Assembly (NCBI RefSeq): GCF_001194135.2
Contig: NC_068993.1
Span: 23,354,233 to 23,416,339, forward strand
Source of the DNA: Octopus bimaculoides
Lineage: Eukaryota
Direction: 5' to 3'
Length of the DNA: 62,107 nt
A model generated the notes under the pieces. That model ran no database searches, was not told where the DNA came from, and was given only the letters and a program-made list of their open reading frames with translations. The stretch's first letter is position 1; each line of letters starts with the position of its first letter. Shown in pieces: positions 1 through 11,555 of this stretch. The position numbers and the translations under genes were made by a program.

Positions 1-35
<35 letters not shown>

Positions 36-1450
36 GAACACACATATATGTATGTTTATATGCATATATATGTATATACATACGCATATGTATATGTATT
101 TCTATCTATCTATCTATCTATATACATATATATATGATAAACAGACATTAACTCTTCTCTACTGTTTTNNNNNNNNNNNNNNNNNNNNNNNNNNNNNNNN
201 NNNNNNNNNNNNNNNNNNNNNNNNNNNNNNNNNNNNNNNNNNNNNNNNNNNNNNNNNNNNNNNNNNNNNNNNNNNNNNNNNNNNNNNNNNNNNNNTAGAT
301 ATATATACACGTATGTTTGTATGTGTGTATGTATGTATGTATGTATTATATGTAGTCTATAATTTTAGCGACTATAATATATTTACTTCCTTGTTTCTAA
401 AAACAATTCAGCTGTTATTCTTATCCTTGTAAAAGTTAAGCTGCAAAACAATGCTCGATAATTGCTTCTCCTGAAGATAAATGAGGCTACAGCATTGATT
501 ATTGCCAATCTGGTGTGAATGTTTTCCATCGCACTTAGATGTATATGCTACGTGCGTGTGTGTTTGTTGTCTATATGCGTCAGGTCAGTGTTGGTATATG
601 AGAGTGTACGCATATAATAAGTCTTCTACTGTAAAAAAAAAACATACATGTAAGCGAAACGACGGTGACTAGCATTTTAATCACATTCCCATACAATAGA
701 TATCAGGGATAGAGATGTTTTCTTCACAAAACTGCTATCTTACACATTTATTTCGGCACTCGTCTTAATAGGAAAAATAGTTCTATCTTGACATTGTAGC
801 TTCGATATTTCTTTCTTTCTTATTGTCGCTTTGAATATTTGTAGGTGTTCCAGATTTGTGTGTTAGCCTATAGTTTCTTTAGAAACTTTTGATAAGACAG
901 TAGATATGCAATGTTGGTCATGAATTCAATCCCATATTCTATGAATAATTTCTCCAAACAATATTCTTTCATTTATTAGACTTCATCCTCAAGCAAAAGG
1001 TTTATTTACAACTTAAATGCATTACTTTACCACTTCAATCATTTGTTTTATTTGTTTTTTTTATAACAGAAGCATCGTGCGGGATATCACATCCAAAACA
1101 TTGCGTGTTCCTCATTGTCGTAAATCTTTCGTGTCACATATCATTATTGTCTAATGTCTGTTTATCATATTTTTTTAATATAAACGATATTCAACTTCAT
1201 GATACACAATAACATATCTCGAACTTTTCAATAGAATTTTATGTCATGAATATTAATAACTTAATATCATAACAGGAAGGTACATGTGTGTCCATTTGAT
1301 AAGCAAGTAAAACGCGTTCTGTAACACAAATATGAGTTTACATTATTCTACCTACTACCATGCGTTTCACTAACGTTAGCTCTCATAATTTTACAATGGC
1401 ACACGCACGGGCGATCACACACACAAATATATATATATATATATATATAA

Positions 1451-1570
1451 GCGGTATTGCTATCTAGAAGACCCAAGATGGCAGGTAAGGCTATAGAAGT
1501 CCTACGTGAAGACTCTGTGTTTGATAATATTACTAGCTAGGAGTCTAATGCTGGTCTTGTGGCAGCATGT
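1451..1570 (+). mobile_element. Short CR1 fragment
   Basis: ccaagatgg..atgctggtcttgtgg resembles 60632-60725 (ccaagatgg..atgctggtcttatgg). Confidence 0.35.
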
Positions 1571-2043
1571 ATATGTTAAATAAAATGAGAATACAAAACC
1601 AAGACTGTGTGGAATTTATAGGACATTTATAAAGAGACAAGTAGTCTTATAATCAAAGCACATGGAATTTATGTCTCCACACTATCCTTTTGTAATGCCA
1701 AAATATGAACTCCAATCGGAATCTACATACCATGGCGGAAAAGCATTTCAATCCATTCTACACTGCACTTTCCTTGAATAATGGAACTGCAACTGTAATA
1801 TCATACATATATATTTATTCTTATTTTTATTCTCGTATTTCCCTTTATACTTCCTATATCCATCACTTTCCAACATAACCCCTTATATCGAAATCAACTA
1901 TTCCCCTCTAGTTAACTCTCACATATCGTCTCTGATGAAGGGATATTCATAATGTGCCAGAAACAGCTGTAGGACTACTTTTCACTTTATAAATGGCCTA
2001 TAGATTCCACACAACCTTTCTTGTCTCATTTTATTTAGCACAC
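1571..2043 (+). mobile_element. Penelope-like element (PLE) 3' end/pLTR with an inverted partial pLTR at its 5' side
   Basis: 1571-1651 is the reverse complement of ~1968-2043 (gtagtcttat..ggacatttataaag vs actacttttcactttataaatggcc). A degenerate GIY-YIG C-terminus-like string (AEKHFNPFYTALSLN) lies at ~1730-1780, and a hammerhead core at 1932-1963. Inverted terminal partial repeats plus a hammerhead are established PLE traits. Confidence 0.7.
1928..1975 (+). ncRNA. Minimal type I hammerhead ribozyme (PLE-associated)
   Basis: Stem I GTCT(1928-31)/GGAC(1972-75); core CTGATGA 1932-38; stem II gggatatt-cat-aatgtgcc with 1 mismatch; GAAA 1960-63; palindromic stem III CAGCTG; cleavage triplet GTA, cut after 1971. 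Confidence 0.75.
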
Positions 2044-2109
2044 GTCCACGCGCACACACACACACATATATATTCATGTCCATGACAATTCTTCCTTAAT
2101 TTACTAGAA

Positions 2110-2645
2110 AGAATAAAATTCCAGAAAATAAAGAAAATATTTCTGTGGGCATTATAGCATTCTAAAAACTCTATAGGCGACACTCGAAACAAGTCATAGA
2201 GGTTAATAGGGTTACTATTTTCTAGGACTTTGTCATCCACACTGACAGACAGATAAATGCAAAATAGACTTGATATTATCAAATATCGTCGACGGAATGT
2301 CTGCTATACAATAGATATGACAATGCTAACTGATCGAAATATCTCAGGTAAAGAAATCAGAAATACAAGAACCAAAAGATAGATATCAGCAGACTGGGTA
2401 AACCATATCAGTTACTCAACCAGTAGTTGTAAAGAGGGCTAAATGAGAGTCTTTAAAATTCATTGATAAAATATCTTGAAAATCAAATATACCCGATATC
2501 CGACAGATTGCTCTAACATTAACAGCTCATCTCTACAAAAAATTATTATCTTTATAATGGAGTTGGTAGCCTTAGGTCTCAGGTAGAGACCCAGCTAGTA
2601 ACTAAATTGCACCGAGACTAAGCGAAAATATTAAAATAATAATAA
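2110..2645 (+). mobile_element. Dong/R4-clade non-LTR retrotransposon, degenerate 3' fragment (copy A)
   Basis: Restriction-like endonuclease motifs VTIF*DFVIHTDRQINA/NRLDII, IDMTMLTDRNISGKE and C-terminal IALTLTAHL; the 3' UTR (ccttaggtctcagg) ends in a (TAA)n tail. Confidence 0.75.
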
Positions 2646-2647
2646 TT

Positions 2648-2733
<86 letters not shown>

Positions 2734-2826
2734 AAGAAGAAGAAGAAGAAGAAGAAGAAGAAGAAGAAGAAGAAGAAGAAGAAGAAGAAGAAGAAGAAGA
2801 AGAAGAAGAAGAAGAAGAAGAAGAAG
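2640..2826. repeat. Compound microsatellite (TAA)n followed by (GAA)n
   Basis: Directly visible. Confidence 0.97.
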
Positions 2827-3033
2827 CGTTAGGGCTAATTAAAAAGAGTCTTGATAAGCAGCTCAACAAACTCCCTTGCAGTGTTAACGTGGGAGAACTT
2901 CAGAAAATAATGTTGCTAGGTTCCGCACACATTTTACGCCGTGTACTCTCCGTGAGATGAGGACTTGCTGTGACTCTAGGGTCAAAGGATGACCCCGGTT
3001 CAGCAGAAGAGAACGGACCATATTTTATTTTAA

Positions 3034-3034
<1 letters not shown>
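2823..3034 (+). mobile_element. Dong/R4-clade retrotransposon, severely 5'-truncated (copy B)
   Basis: 2823-2960 translates without interruption as EALGLIKKSLDKQLNKLPCSVNVGELQKIMLLGSAHILRRVLSVR*, the typical R4/Dong C-terminus (GALG..LQK..LLGTAHILRRVL). A short 3' UTR is followed by (TAA)n at 3035-3092. Confidence 0.85.
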
Positions 3035-3092
<58 letters not shown>

Positions 3093-3095
<3 letters not shown>

Positions 3096-4341
3096 CTTAG
3101 CAAAATGTGGGGCTGCTGCCTATTAAACAGAAATGGTGCCAAAAAAAGAGCCGGGCAACGAAGGATCTGCTCTTAATTGATATTCAAATTATTAGGAACT
3201 GCCAAAGAAGACATACACAGCTGAGCATGGCATGGATTGACTATCGCAAATCATACGATATGATACCACGCTCCTAGATAATAATAACAATGGGAATGTA
3301 TGGAGCAGCAGAGAATATGAGGAGTCATATGGAATAGCCTGAAATACTGGAGAATGGAAATTCAACATCTGCTGTCTTAAAATCAAAGACACAATGGTTT
3401 ATTATAGCAGCGCATGATAAATGCCTACCTACAAAAAGCTATCAGGCCAAAAAACCTAAAGAACGGCAGTAACCCAGCATATCATTTATGTATATAACAA
3501 ACAGAAGCCAGTGACCATATTGTCTTTATATGCAGCTTTCTTGTGCCCACAGAGTATTTCAACAGGCATGATAGAGCGGCACAGTATATTCACTGTGTAA
3601 TCTGCAAGGACCTTGACCAATCCCATGATTAAAACTGCTGGCAACACAAACCAACTCTAGTGCTTGAAAACGATCACATTCCACTCTTTTGGAACTTTAA
3701 CGTTCAAAGTGACAGAAAGATAGATGCATGTAGGCCAGGCATTATACTTGCCAGGCATTATACTTCCCTCCACATCGATATGTGTCCCTATCGACATCAA
3801 TGTATGAATCTGTGAAGCCCTACCAAAAACTGAAGACATATAAAGATCATGAAAGCGAAAATGGTGGAACCTGAAGACTAGGAAAATATCTGTTGTCATA
3901 GGCGCCGTAGGGATGATTGCACAAGAGACTGATTGGTCCCTGTCTCAGCTACCAGGACATTTAAAACTGGAAGAATTTTTTTTAAATAGTGCTCATGAAA
4001 ACTGCTCATGTTCTAAGAAGAATATTGCTTATATAATTTCAAAAGCATTTTAACCTGTGAACATTATCAAAAGTACTTTTAATGTACATAATATCAAACA
4101 CATTTTACTGTCATTTTAAGATCACACTATCATCTCATCATGAAATTACTTTTAAAACAAACTTGTATTTTCTGGTTTTGACAAATACTCTCTAGAACAA
4201 TGCTCTGTGCAAAACCAAAAATATGGTACCTAGTCATAATACCGACTTGAAATTCTAACTTCTTGTCTGTTCAGGTCTCTGGACGAAGCTGGGATTCAAA
4301 TTGTTCAAAGACAAAGCAAAATCCAAACATATAATAATAAT
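3093..4341 (+). mobile_element. Dong/R4-clade retrotransposon, 5'-truncated with internal deletion (copy C)
   Basis: RT start [37 protein letters not shown] joins near 3365 to the C-terminal region (HDKCLPTKSYQ, EYFNRHDRAAQYIH, WNFNVQSDRKIDACRP, WNLKTRKISVVIGAVG, TAHVLRRIL). The 3' UTR (caggtctctggacg..caaacat) ends in TAA repeats. Confidence 0.85.
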
Positions 4342-4610
4342 TATGATCGAAGGCAGAGTATCTATCATAAGGGCAGAGCAGGCACAAAACACTGCTCTAT
4401 TAGGGATAGCTGTGATTTTGAGATTAGTGCATGGGTGTTGAGGGTCTTGCAATATAATGTAACATCCAGGTACCAAAGCTAATAATTTGCGGAAAGAGAC
4501 CCTGTGAGACCTCTGACAACATGCTGCTGTCCACTTTCACGGAATCAACCAGAGAAAGAAAGACCGAGAATTTGAGAATTAAAATAATTAGAACAACAAC
4601 AATTTATATA

Positions 4611-4815
4611 ATTTAGGCACAAGACCGACAAGTTTATGGAGATAGTGTAAGTCGATAGGATTGATGTCAGTACTTCACTGGTATGCTATTTCATCGATCG
4701 AGTCTTGAAGAATGAAAGGTTAAGTTGAGCTCGGCCGTATTTAATCTCGGAAAATAATTAACCGAACTAAATCCCGAATAGTAAATATTTCCCAGGGTGC
4801 AATGATACTTAAACC
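4611..4815 (-). mobile_element. tRNA-derived SINE, degenerate (same family as 43944 and 47845)
   Basis: Shares ggcacaag..gtcgat..tggta..ttatcgac..gaatgaaagg..gttgagctcggc with the copies at 43944-44131 and 47845-48033. Confidence 0.65.
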
Positions 4816-6588
4816 CAACAGTCAAAGTTTTTACACAAAATTAGCTGCTTGTAAAAAAAACACAGGGTACATCATTGTTGTCAAATGAAATGAAGCAAAC
4901 TTCAGAACAAAACCTCTACATCAACACCGGATATCAGTAAACCTTACATACAGTATAAGACAAAGCATGTAACAAGATTTTCACATGAAAAAAAAAATAG
5001 ACGAACCAGTACAGTAACCTCTAAAATAAGAAACAAGCTATCAAACAAGAGATAAACCGGTGTAGTATATAAAAATAATTGTTTTCAGTGAGATGAAAGT
5101 GTTATTTGTATGTTTATATTTTATATAAGAGTGGCTGTTGTAGTTTAATATGGTCGGAAACAGAATTAAAACAATTTAGCTACATTCTCACAGGCACACT
5201 TACACACATACCTTTGTGTGTGTTTTCAATAACACGTCTGTGTATGTGTGTGTACGCGCGCTTGTGTGCGCGGGTATTTGTTCACATAATGGAACAGATA
5301 CCTAACGATTTACAGGAATTTTCAGACAAGTTGTGAACAGCAACGATTACCAAATGCAAGTAACTTCTGCCAATAATTCCTTACAGTATTTAAATACACA
5401 AATGGGCTCTTGTCAAGAAAGGTCATGCTCTCATTTCTATACATTTCCTTTAACAGGCTCCTTGAAGGCAAAAGAAAACGTTTTGTGTCCGGAACCTCAC
5501 TGATATGGTTCGAAATTAACTGCGTGTAAACATTATTTATTTTGCTGCATATCTGCACAAAACGGCATTGTAGTTACTCATATATAATGTATAACCCTAA
5601 CAGACGAACTTTCCAAACACTTTATACCTGGAGAGGTTCGCTCGCTCCAATATTTCCAGTATTATTGAAGATTTGATAACCGATTGTACCAGAAATATTT
5701 TAAATTTTTATACACTTCCTCTATAGACTTATATTTGAATCGACTTGAAATTCTTTCTAAGTATTTATACGGGAAATCACTTTAATAATCATGATTCCTT
5801 GGTTCACCATTCTTCTTCTCTTACTCAAAACAACTACACATGAATAGCATTACATACGGAAATGGTATTTTGAATGGTATATTGTAAATGCGCTTTTCCA
5901 CGGTTAAAATAACACATTCACATAAAATGACTTTTCATATTAAAGACAGCCACACATTCATAGACATATACAATAAATTAAATAGATGAATGTGAAAAGA
6001 TATTTGTAGTGATTAGGTCGACTATTTCTGTGTGTATGCATGCATGTATATATATATATATATATNNNNNNNNNNNNNNNNNNNNNNNNNNNNNNNNNNN
6101 NNNNNNNNNNNNNNNNNNNNNNNNNNNNNNNNNNNNNNNNNNNNNNNNNNNNNNNNNNNNNNNNNNNNNNNNNNNNNNNNNNNNNNNNNNNNNNNNNNNN
6201 NNNNNNNNNNNNNNNNNNNNNNNNNNNNNNNNNNNNNNNNNNNNNNNNNNNNNNNNNNNNNNNNNNNNNNNNNNNNNNNNNNNNNNNNNNNNNNNNNNNN
6301 NNNNNNNNNNNNNNNNNNNNNNNNNNNNNNNNNNNNNNNNNNNNNNNNNNNNNNNNNNNNNNNNNNNNNNNNNNNNNNNNNNNNNNNNNNNNNNNNNNNN
6401 NNNNNNNNNNNNNNNNNNNNNNNNNNNNNNNNNNNNNNNNNNNNNNNNNNNNNNNNNNNNNNNNNNNNNNNNNNNNNNNNNNNNNNNNNNNNNNNNNNNN
6501 NNNNNNNNNNNNNNNNNNNNNNNNNNNNNNNNNNNNNNNNNNNNNNNNNNNNNNNNNNNNNNNNNNNNNNNNNNNNNNNNNNNNNNNN

Positions 6589-6621
<33 letters not shown>

Positions 6622-9518
6622 TTAATTCCTTTATACATATACATACGCATGGCAAACACCATTGAACCACATAAGTCTTCCGTATAGAATATAGAGATTA
6701 GTAGCTTTAGCGGACATAATCAGCTGCAGACGACATTGAAATTTTATATACAGTATATAGTTGTTATATATTAATATTTTTGCACTGAAAAGCTTTGAAC
6801 TATCGAACAGAGTTCGATATTTATTGGCAAATTGTATACATTATTGTTTTTACTTGATACATTATATGCCCCTAATTTCGTCTTACTTTTGGTCTTCCTC
6901 ATTTACTTATTTCTGTGTTCTGCATCTCAAAACATTTTTCTGTATCAATTATTTTATGTTAACCGACTTTTGTAGTGTTTACCGTACCCCAAATTATATC
7001 CCCATTTTTCTGTGTGTCGTTTCCTCAAGTATTTTATTTCTATTTTTCATGTATTTATTGTTTTTTAATTCTTTGTTATTTTCCTTTAATATTTTATTGC
7101 AGATATTGTTCTATTTGTGAGCGTTTTATCGTTGCACTTTTTGTTTTACTTCGTTTTATATTTCACAATGTATACCGCATTTTATTCATATTTCTCTTTT
7201 TTGCATTATTCTGAATAAAAATACACATAATTCTAAAGAGTTCAATCAATTTATTACACAGGAAAATTGATCACTTTTAGATCCTCTGATTTCAGTTAGG
7301 CAGATATGGTAATCTTTTCTAGGAGATGAAAGAAAATTCTTCAAAGTAATAATGAAATATTGGAGTATATTTGTTTTATTGGGGATAACTGATTTTGTTA
7401 GATTATTTTCATATAAACATAATGATTTCTTTCAGAAATAGAAAATATAACATTCAGGGATACGCTGCTTCACTTAAAGTGTTGCTGTATTCAACAAATA
7501 ATATATAATTTACATTCTTCATGAACAAACATCTCTTTCACATTCTTACTCGCATCAATACCTTTTCAAATTTCGGAGGCAGATGTTTAGTTGCACGATT
7601 GTAAAATAAACTTAAGTAGTATTTTGTACTTCTAAATTATATTCGCAACGCATATGTAGATTTTTCAACCTCGACAACTTAAGGAATCCTAGCAAAAATA
7701 CCGTCTCCGATTACTTCTAAAGGTAAAAATAAGGAAACACATGAACTTCCTTTCTCGAGGGTGTTTTCCGTCCTAAATATTTTGTAAAGTGTTTGTTAAT
7801 TTTATTTTTTAGCCATATTTCACTGAAATGCCTCTCTTTACTTAATGACATTTTAAATAATTCTGAATAATAAATTGGTTTCCGTGAAGGAGGTTAATCA
7901 TTAGACGCATCAATTAGAACGGCTAGATGAAGGATAATTACTGTCAGAAACAATCGGATATTTCTTTTCTTCAGAAACTATTAATTTGTTTCACTATTGA
8001 AAACAAATTTCCTTGGATCTTATTATTTATTTAATTAGTGTCTACATTTAAATTATAAAGAAAATTAGATTTCCGATATTAAAAGGATCAATAGTGATTG
8101 TTGAGTGCTTGTTATTTCCTCAGTCCTATTACCTCATTACCTACAAATATTATAAACAGTAAATATCCTATATCATAAACACTATAAACAGAGAACGTTA
8201 TGGAGTACATTGATACTATTCGTACCATTTCATACCATTTTTTTTACTGAGAATTAAAAAAGTGTTTACTAAGTATTTCTTTAACATCCGCTGTCTGAGA
8301 ACGAATACACAATTATTATTCATATTTTTGCTGAAGCATACTCGTTATACATGTTAAACCACCTTCGTTTTCCCTTCTTTAGTGGTTTCGTGGAAGCAAT
8401 ATCACATATACTCAGAGATGTTACTCGATTCTGGATGCACACATTGTAGATATTATTTCTGCATACCCTTTCGTCATTCTGATGGCGGCAACTCTTTTCT
8501 AAAATATGATGTAAGGCAATATCAATATGAAGAGAATATTGCTGGAAGCTTTACGACTACTTACAGTCCACTAATTAACATTCCTTTAGAGAAAGTCATG
8601 CTATTCTTTTCTGTGTCATTGAAATCCAATATTTTGCATACAGTGTGTGACTGTATCACGTCCCTTAGATCTTTATTGTGAGCCCTTAAACTCTCACGGA
8701 TGCTTGTTCTACTACAAAAGTTCGCCACCATTGTGCCAAAGTGTTTAATATTCCCGGAAGTGTGAATATAAAACTACAAACGTCAATGACAGAGTAATGT
8801 TGTTGTTGAGGTGGATTTACTAGAATGCAATATACTCATTTGCGATCTTCTTTTCATTAAAAATTCCAGTCTCGGTATAACATTAAGTACTAGTTGATAG
8901 TCGCGATGAAAAGTATTAGCGTCATTCATTCGACTTACTATTTATTATGCATTATTGCAGTGCAGAAATTTACCAAAGCAACCCAGTGTCTATTGATGGC
9001 CTTGCTATCTTCATTCAGTCGAATCACGGAAGCTGAAACCGAAGTAAGCTGAGTGTACATCACGTCCCCTTGATAATTACGTGATGGATATAATTAGAAG
9101 TTAATTTTTATGTGGTGTTTTGCGGGATGCATCATGCATTCACAAATAAAAACATTTCAAAGAAAAGACAGATATTACTGGACAACAAATATTTTGCTAC
9201 TGGGGTAAAAGCATGTGTTTTAGACTAAATCGAGGGTGCTGATTCCGAACCGCACTCAAAGTTTTTCTAGCGTGTCAGGATTTTTAGGTTATGAGCATGG
9301 GCAAGATTATAACTATACTTTCGGCAAGATGTAGGCGGTATTATAAAATTTGCTAAAATGAAAGCGGTCTTAATTCAAAATTAAATAAATAACAGCAATA
9401 AAACAATGGATGAGAAAGTTCATTATTTAGTTTAGCGATAGATGTATTGTGTGCAATGCCAAATACGTCAGTTTGTTCTTGGTAACTCTCGGTGTATTTT
9501 GCGCTGACGTCACGTGAG

Positions 9519-9796
9519 GTATGTGTATCTCTCACTCTTCACATCAAAATCGGCATCATGAAAAACTTTGTAAAAGCAGTGGCACACGATGTTTGTGGCT
9601 TCCTGTAATCAAATGTAAAAATCGGTGCAGAGAAAAGTGAAGGAAAACAAAAAACAAGCATTTACATTGGATCCGAAATAAGAGAATTGATATCTGATAG
9701 CAAATTCAGAGGTAAACTGAATCCATTTGAGCTGACAGCATCGGATTCATTCGTATTAGTGGCACAGTACTGTTTTAACTGTGTTCATTGTGTTAG
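9519..9796 (+). other. Putative 5'-UTR intron of the transposase gene
   Basis: GAG|GTATGT donor at 9519 and TTTTAACT..TGTGTTAG acceptor ending at 9796, three nt before the ATG at 9800. Confidence 0.4.
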
Positions 9797-9799
9797 GTC

Positions 9800-11555
9800 A
9801 TGAATCGGAGAGGGTGTGTGAATCACCCAAACAACTTTTGCTCTGTGTGTGGAAAATTTGCTCCGCGTGACCAGCAAAAGAACATTGCCACCAAATTAAA
9901 AACTGCCTATAAATATTACTTTGGGTGTAAAGTTGAGGACCAAGAAGAGAGGTGGACACTTCATATATGCTGCACCGTCTGTTACTCAGGGCTTACACAG
10001 TGGCTGAATGAAAGACATAAGGGAATGCCTTTTGCTGTATTAATGGCATGGCATGAGCCAACCAATCATGTATCTGATTGTTACATTTGCATGACTAATA
10101 TTAGTGGTTTCTCAAAGAAGATCAAAGCAAAAATTGTGTATGCAGACATGTCGGCTTTAAAGCCGGTCCCACATAACTTCGAGAACCCTGTCCCAGTTTC
10201 CCTCCCGCATTTTTCACTTGAAAATCTTGATACGTCACACTGTGAACTTCCTGACTCTCCTATCGATGAAGAGTACGGAGTTGATTCTAAGAAAAATGAG
10301 CCAGACTACTTTGATCAAGAAGATTTGAACAATTTAAGTATTGTCAAATGAAAGAGCAGAAGTGTTGGGATCCAAACTACAACAACGGAATCTCCTACAG
10401 CAAGGTACGAAAATTTTCATTTTCCGTTCTCACCATAAAGGCTCATCTGTCTTTTTCAATCTAGAAAATAATGATTGTTTCTGTATTGATGCCAATGCGC
10501 TCATGCAAAACCTAAGACAGGTACATGTGACTAACTAATGGAGAATGTTTATAAACTCGTGTAAGATTAGCCTCAAAACTGTATTGTTACATAATGGTAA
10601 TGAAAAACCTTCCATTCTTGTGGCTCATGTAGTCGGTATGGAAGAAACTTTTAGTATACGAATTAGCATGGCGTTAATTGAGCCATAAACTTTTATGTTA
10701 AAATATATGTATAATTTCAGACGAAATTAACCAAACAATCGACCGTTTCAGCAGTCGAAGGACCTCATCCTGAAAGAAATTAATTACTTAATTCACAAGT
10801 GGAATATTTGTGATGATTTAAAGGTGATTTCCCTCCTCCTGTGACTGCCGCTGGGATATACCAAAAATATGTGCTTTTTGCGTGTTTGGAACAGCCGCGA
10901 CGATAGCAATCATTACGCTATAAAAGACTGGCCTAAACGAGATGAGAGAATATTTGGTAGGTACAATGTGCAGCACATGCCACTGATAGACCCGCAAAAA
11001 ACTTCCTTCCACCTCTTCACATAAAACTCGGCATCATGAAAAGCGTTGTAAAAGCAATGACACACGATGGTTGTGGCTTGCAGTATTAAAATGTAAGATT
11101 TGGTGCAGAGAAAAGTGAAGCAAAGCAAAAACAAGCATCTTCATTGGATCCGAAATCGGAGAATTGATATCTGATAGCAAATTCAGAGGTAAACTGTATC
11201 CATTTGAGCTGACGGCATGGGATTCATTCATATTTAGTTGTACAGAAATTTCTTGGAAATCGTAGAGCTGAAAACTATACTGATTTAATAAACAACATGC
11301 TAATAACACGAAAGAATGGGATGCCAAATGTTCATTAAAATGCACTTCTTACATTCTCATCTCGATTCTTTTCCAACAAATCTTGGTGCCGTTAGTGAGG
11401 AACATGGTAAGAGGTTCAACCAAGACATATCGCAGATGGAAACGAGGTATCAAGGCCGGTTCAATCCATGCAAGATGGGTGACTAGCGCTGGTTCCTTCT
11501 ATGGGAGACAAGTACGACGCATAAGCGCAAGAGCAAATGTCTCGAACATTTCTGA
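9800..11555 (+). pseudogene. Chapaev3-like transposase pseudogene (frameshifts, stops, insertion)
   Basis: N-terminal Zn-finger CVNHPNNFCSVCG..YFGCKVEDQEERW..HICC..C..WHEPTNHVSDCYIC; then AEVLGSKLQQRNLL, KTVLLHNGNEKPS, WNICDDLKV, GYTK..CFL, PPLHIKLGIMK, KMHFLHSHLDSFP.NLGAVSEEHGKRFNQDI..ME.RYQG. Confidence 0.85.

Noticed and set aside
1571-1700. Apparent Dong motifs (IYKETSSLIIKAH)
   Set aside because: The DNA is explained better as the inverted PLE pLTR copy of 1968-2043.
8382-8780. Exon-like segment (cttctttag acceptor, GAT|GTAAGG donor), readable as a GPCR TM5-7 relic or a hAT-Charlie C-terminus (LTD, LQTS)
   Set aside because: Each reading needs several frameshifts, the two are mutually exclusive, and neither is convincing.
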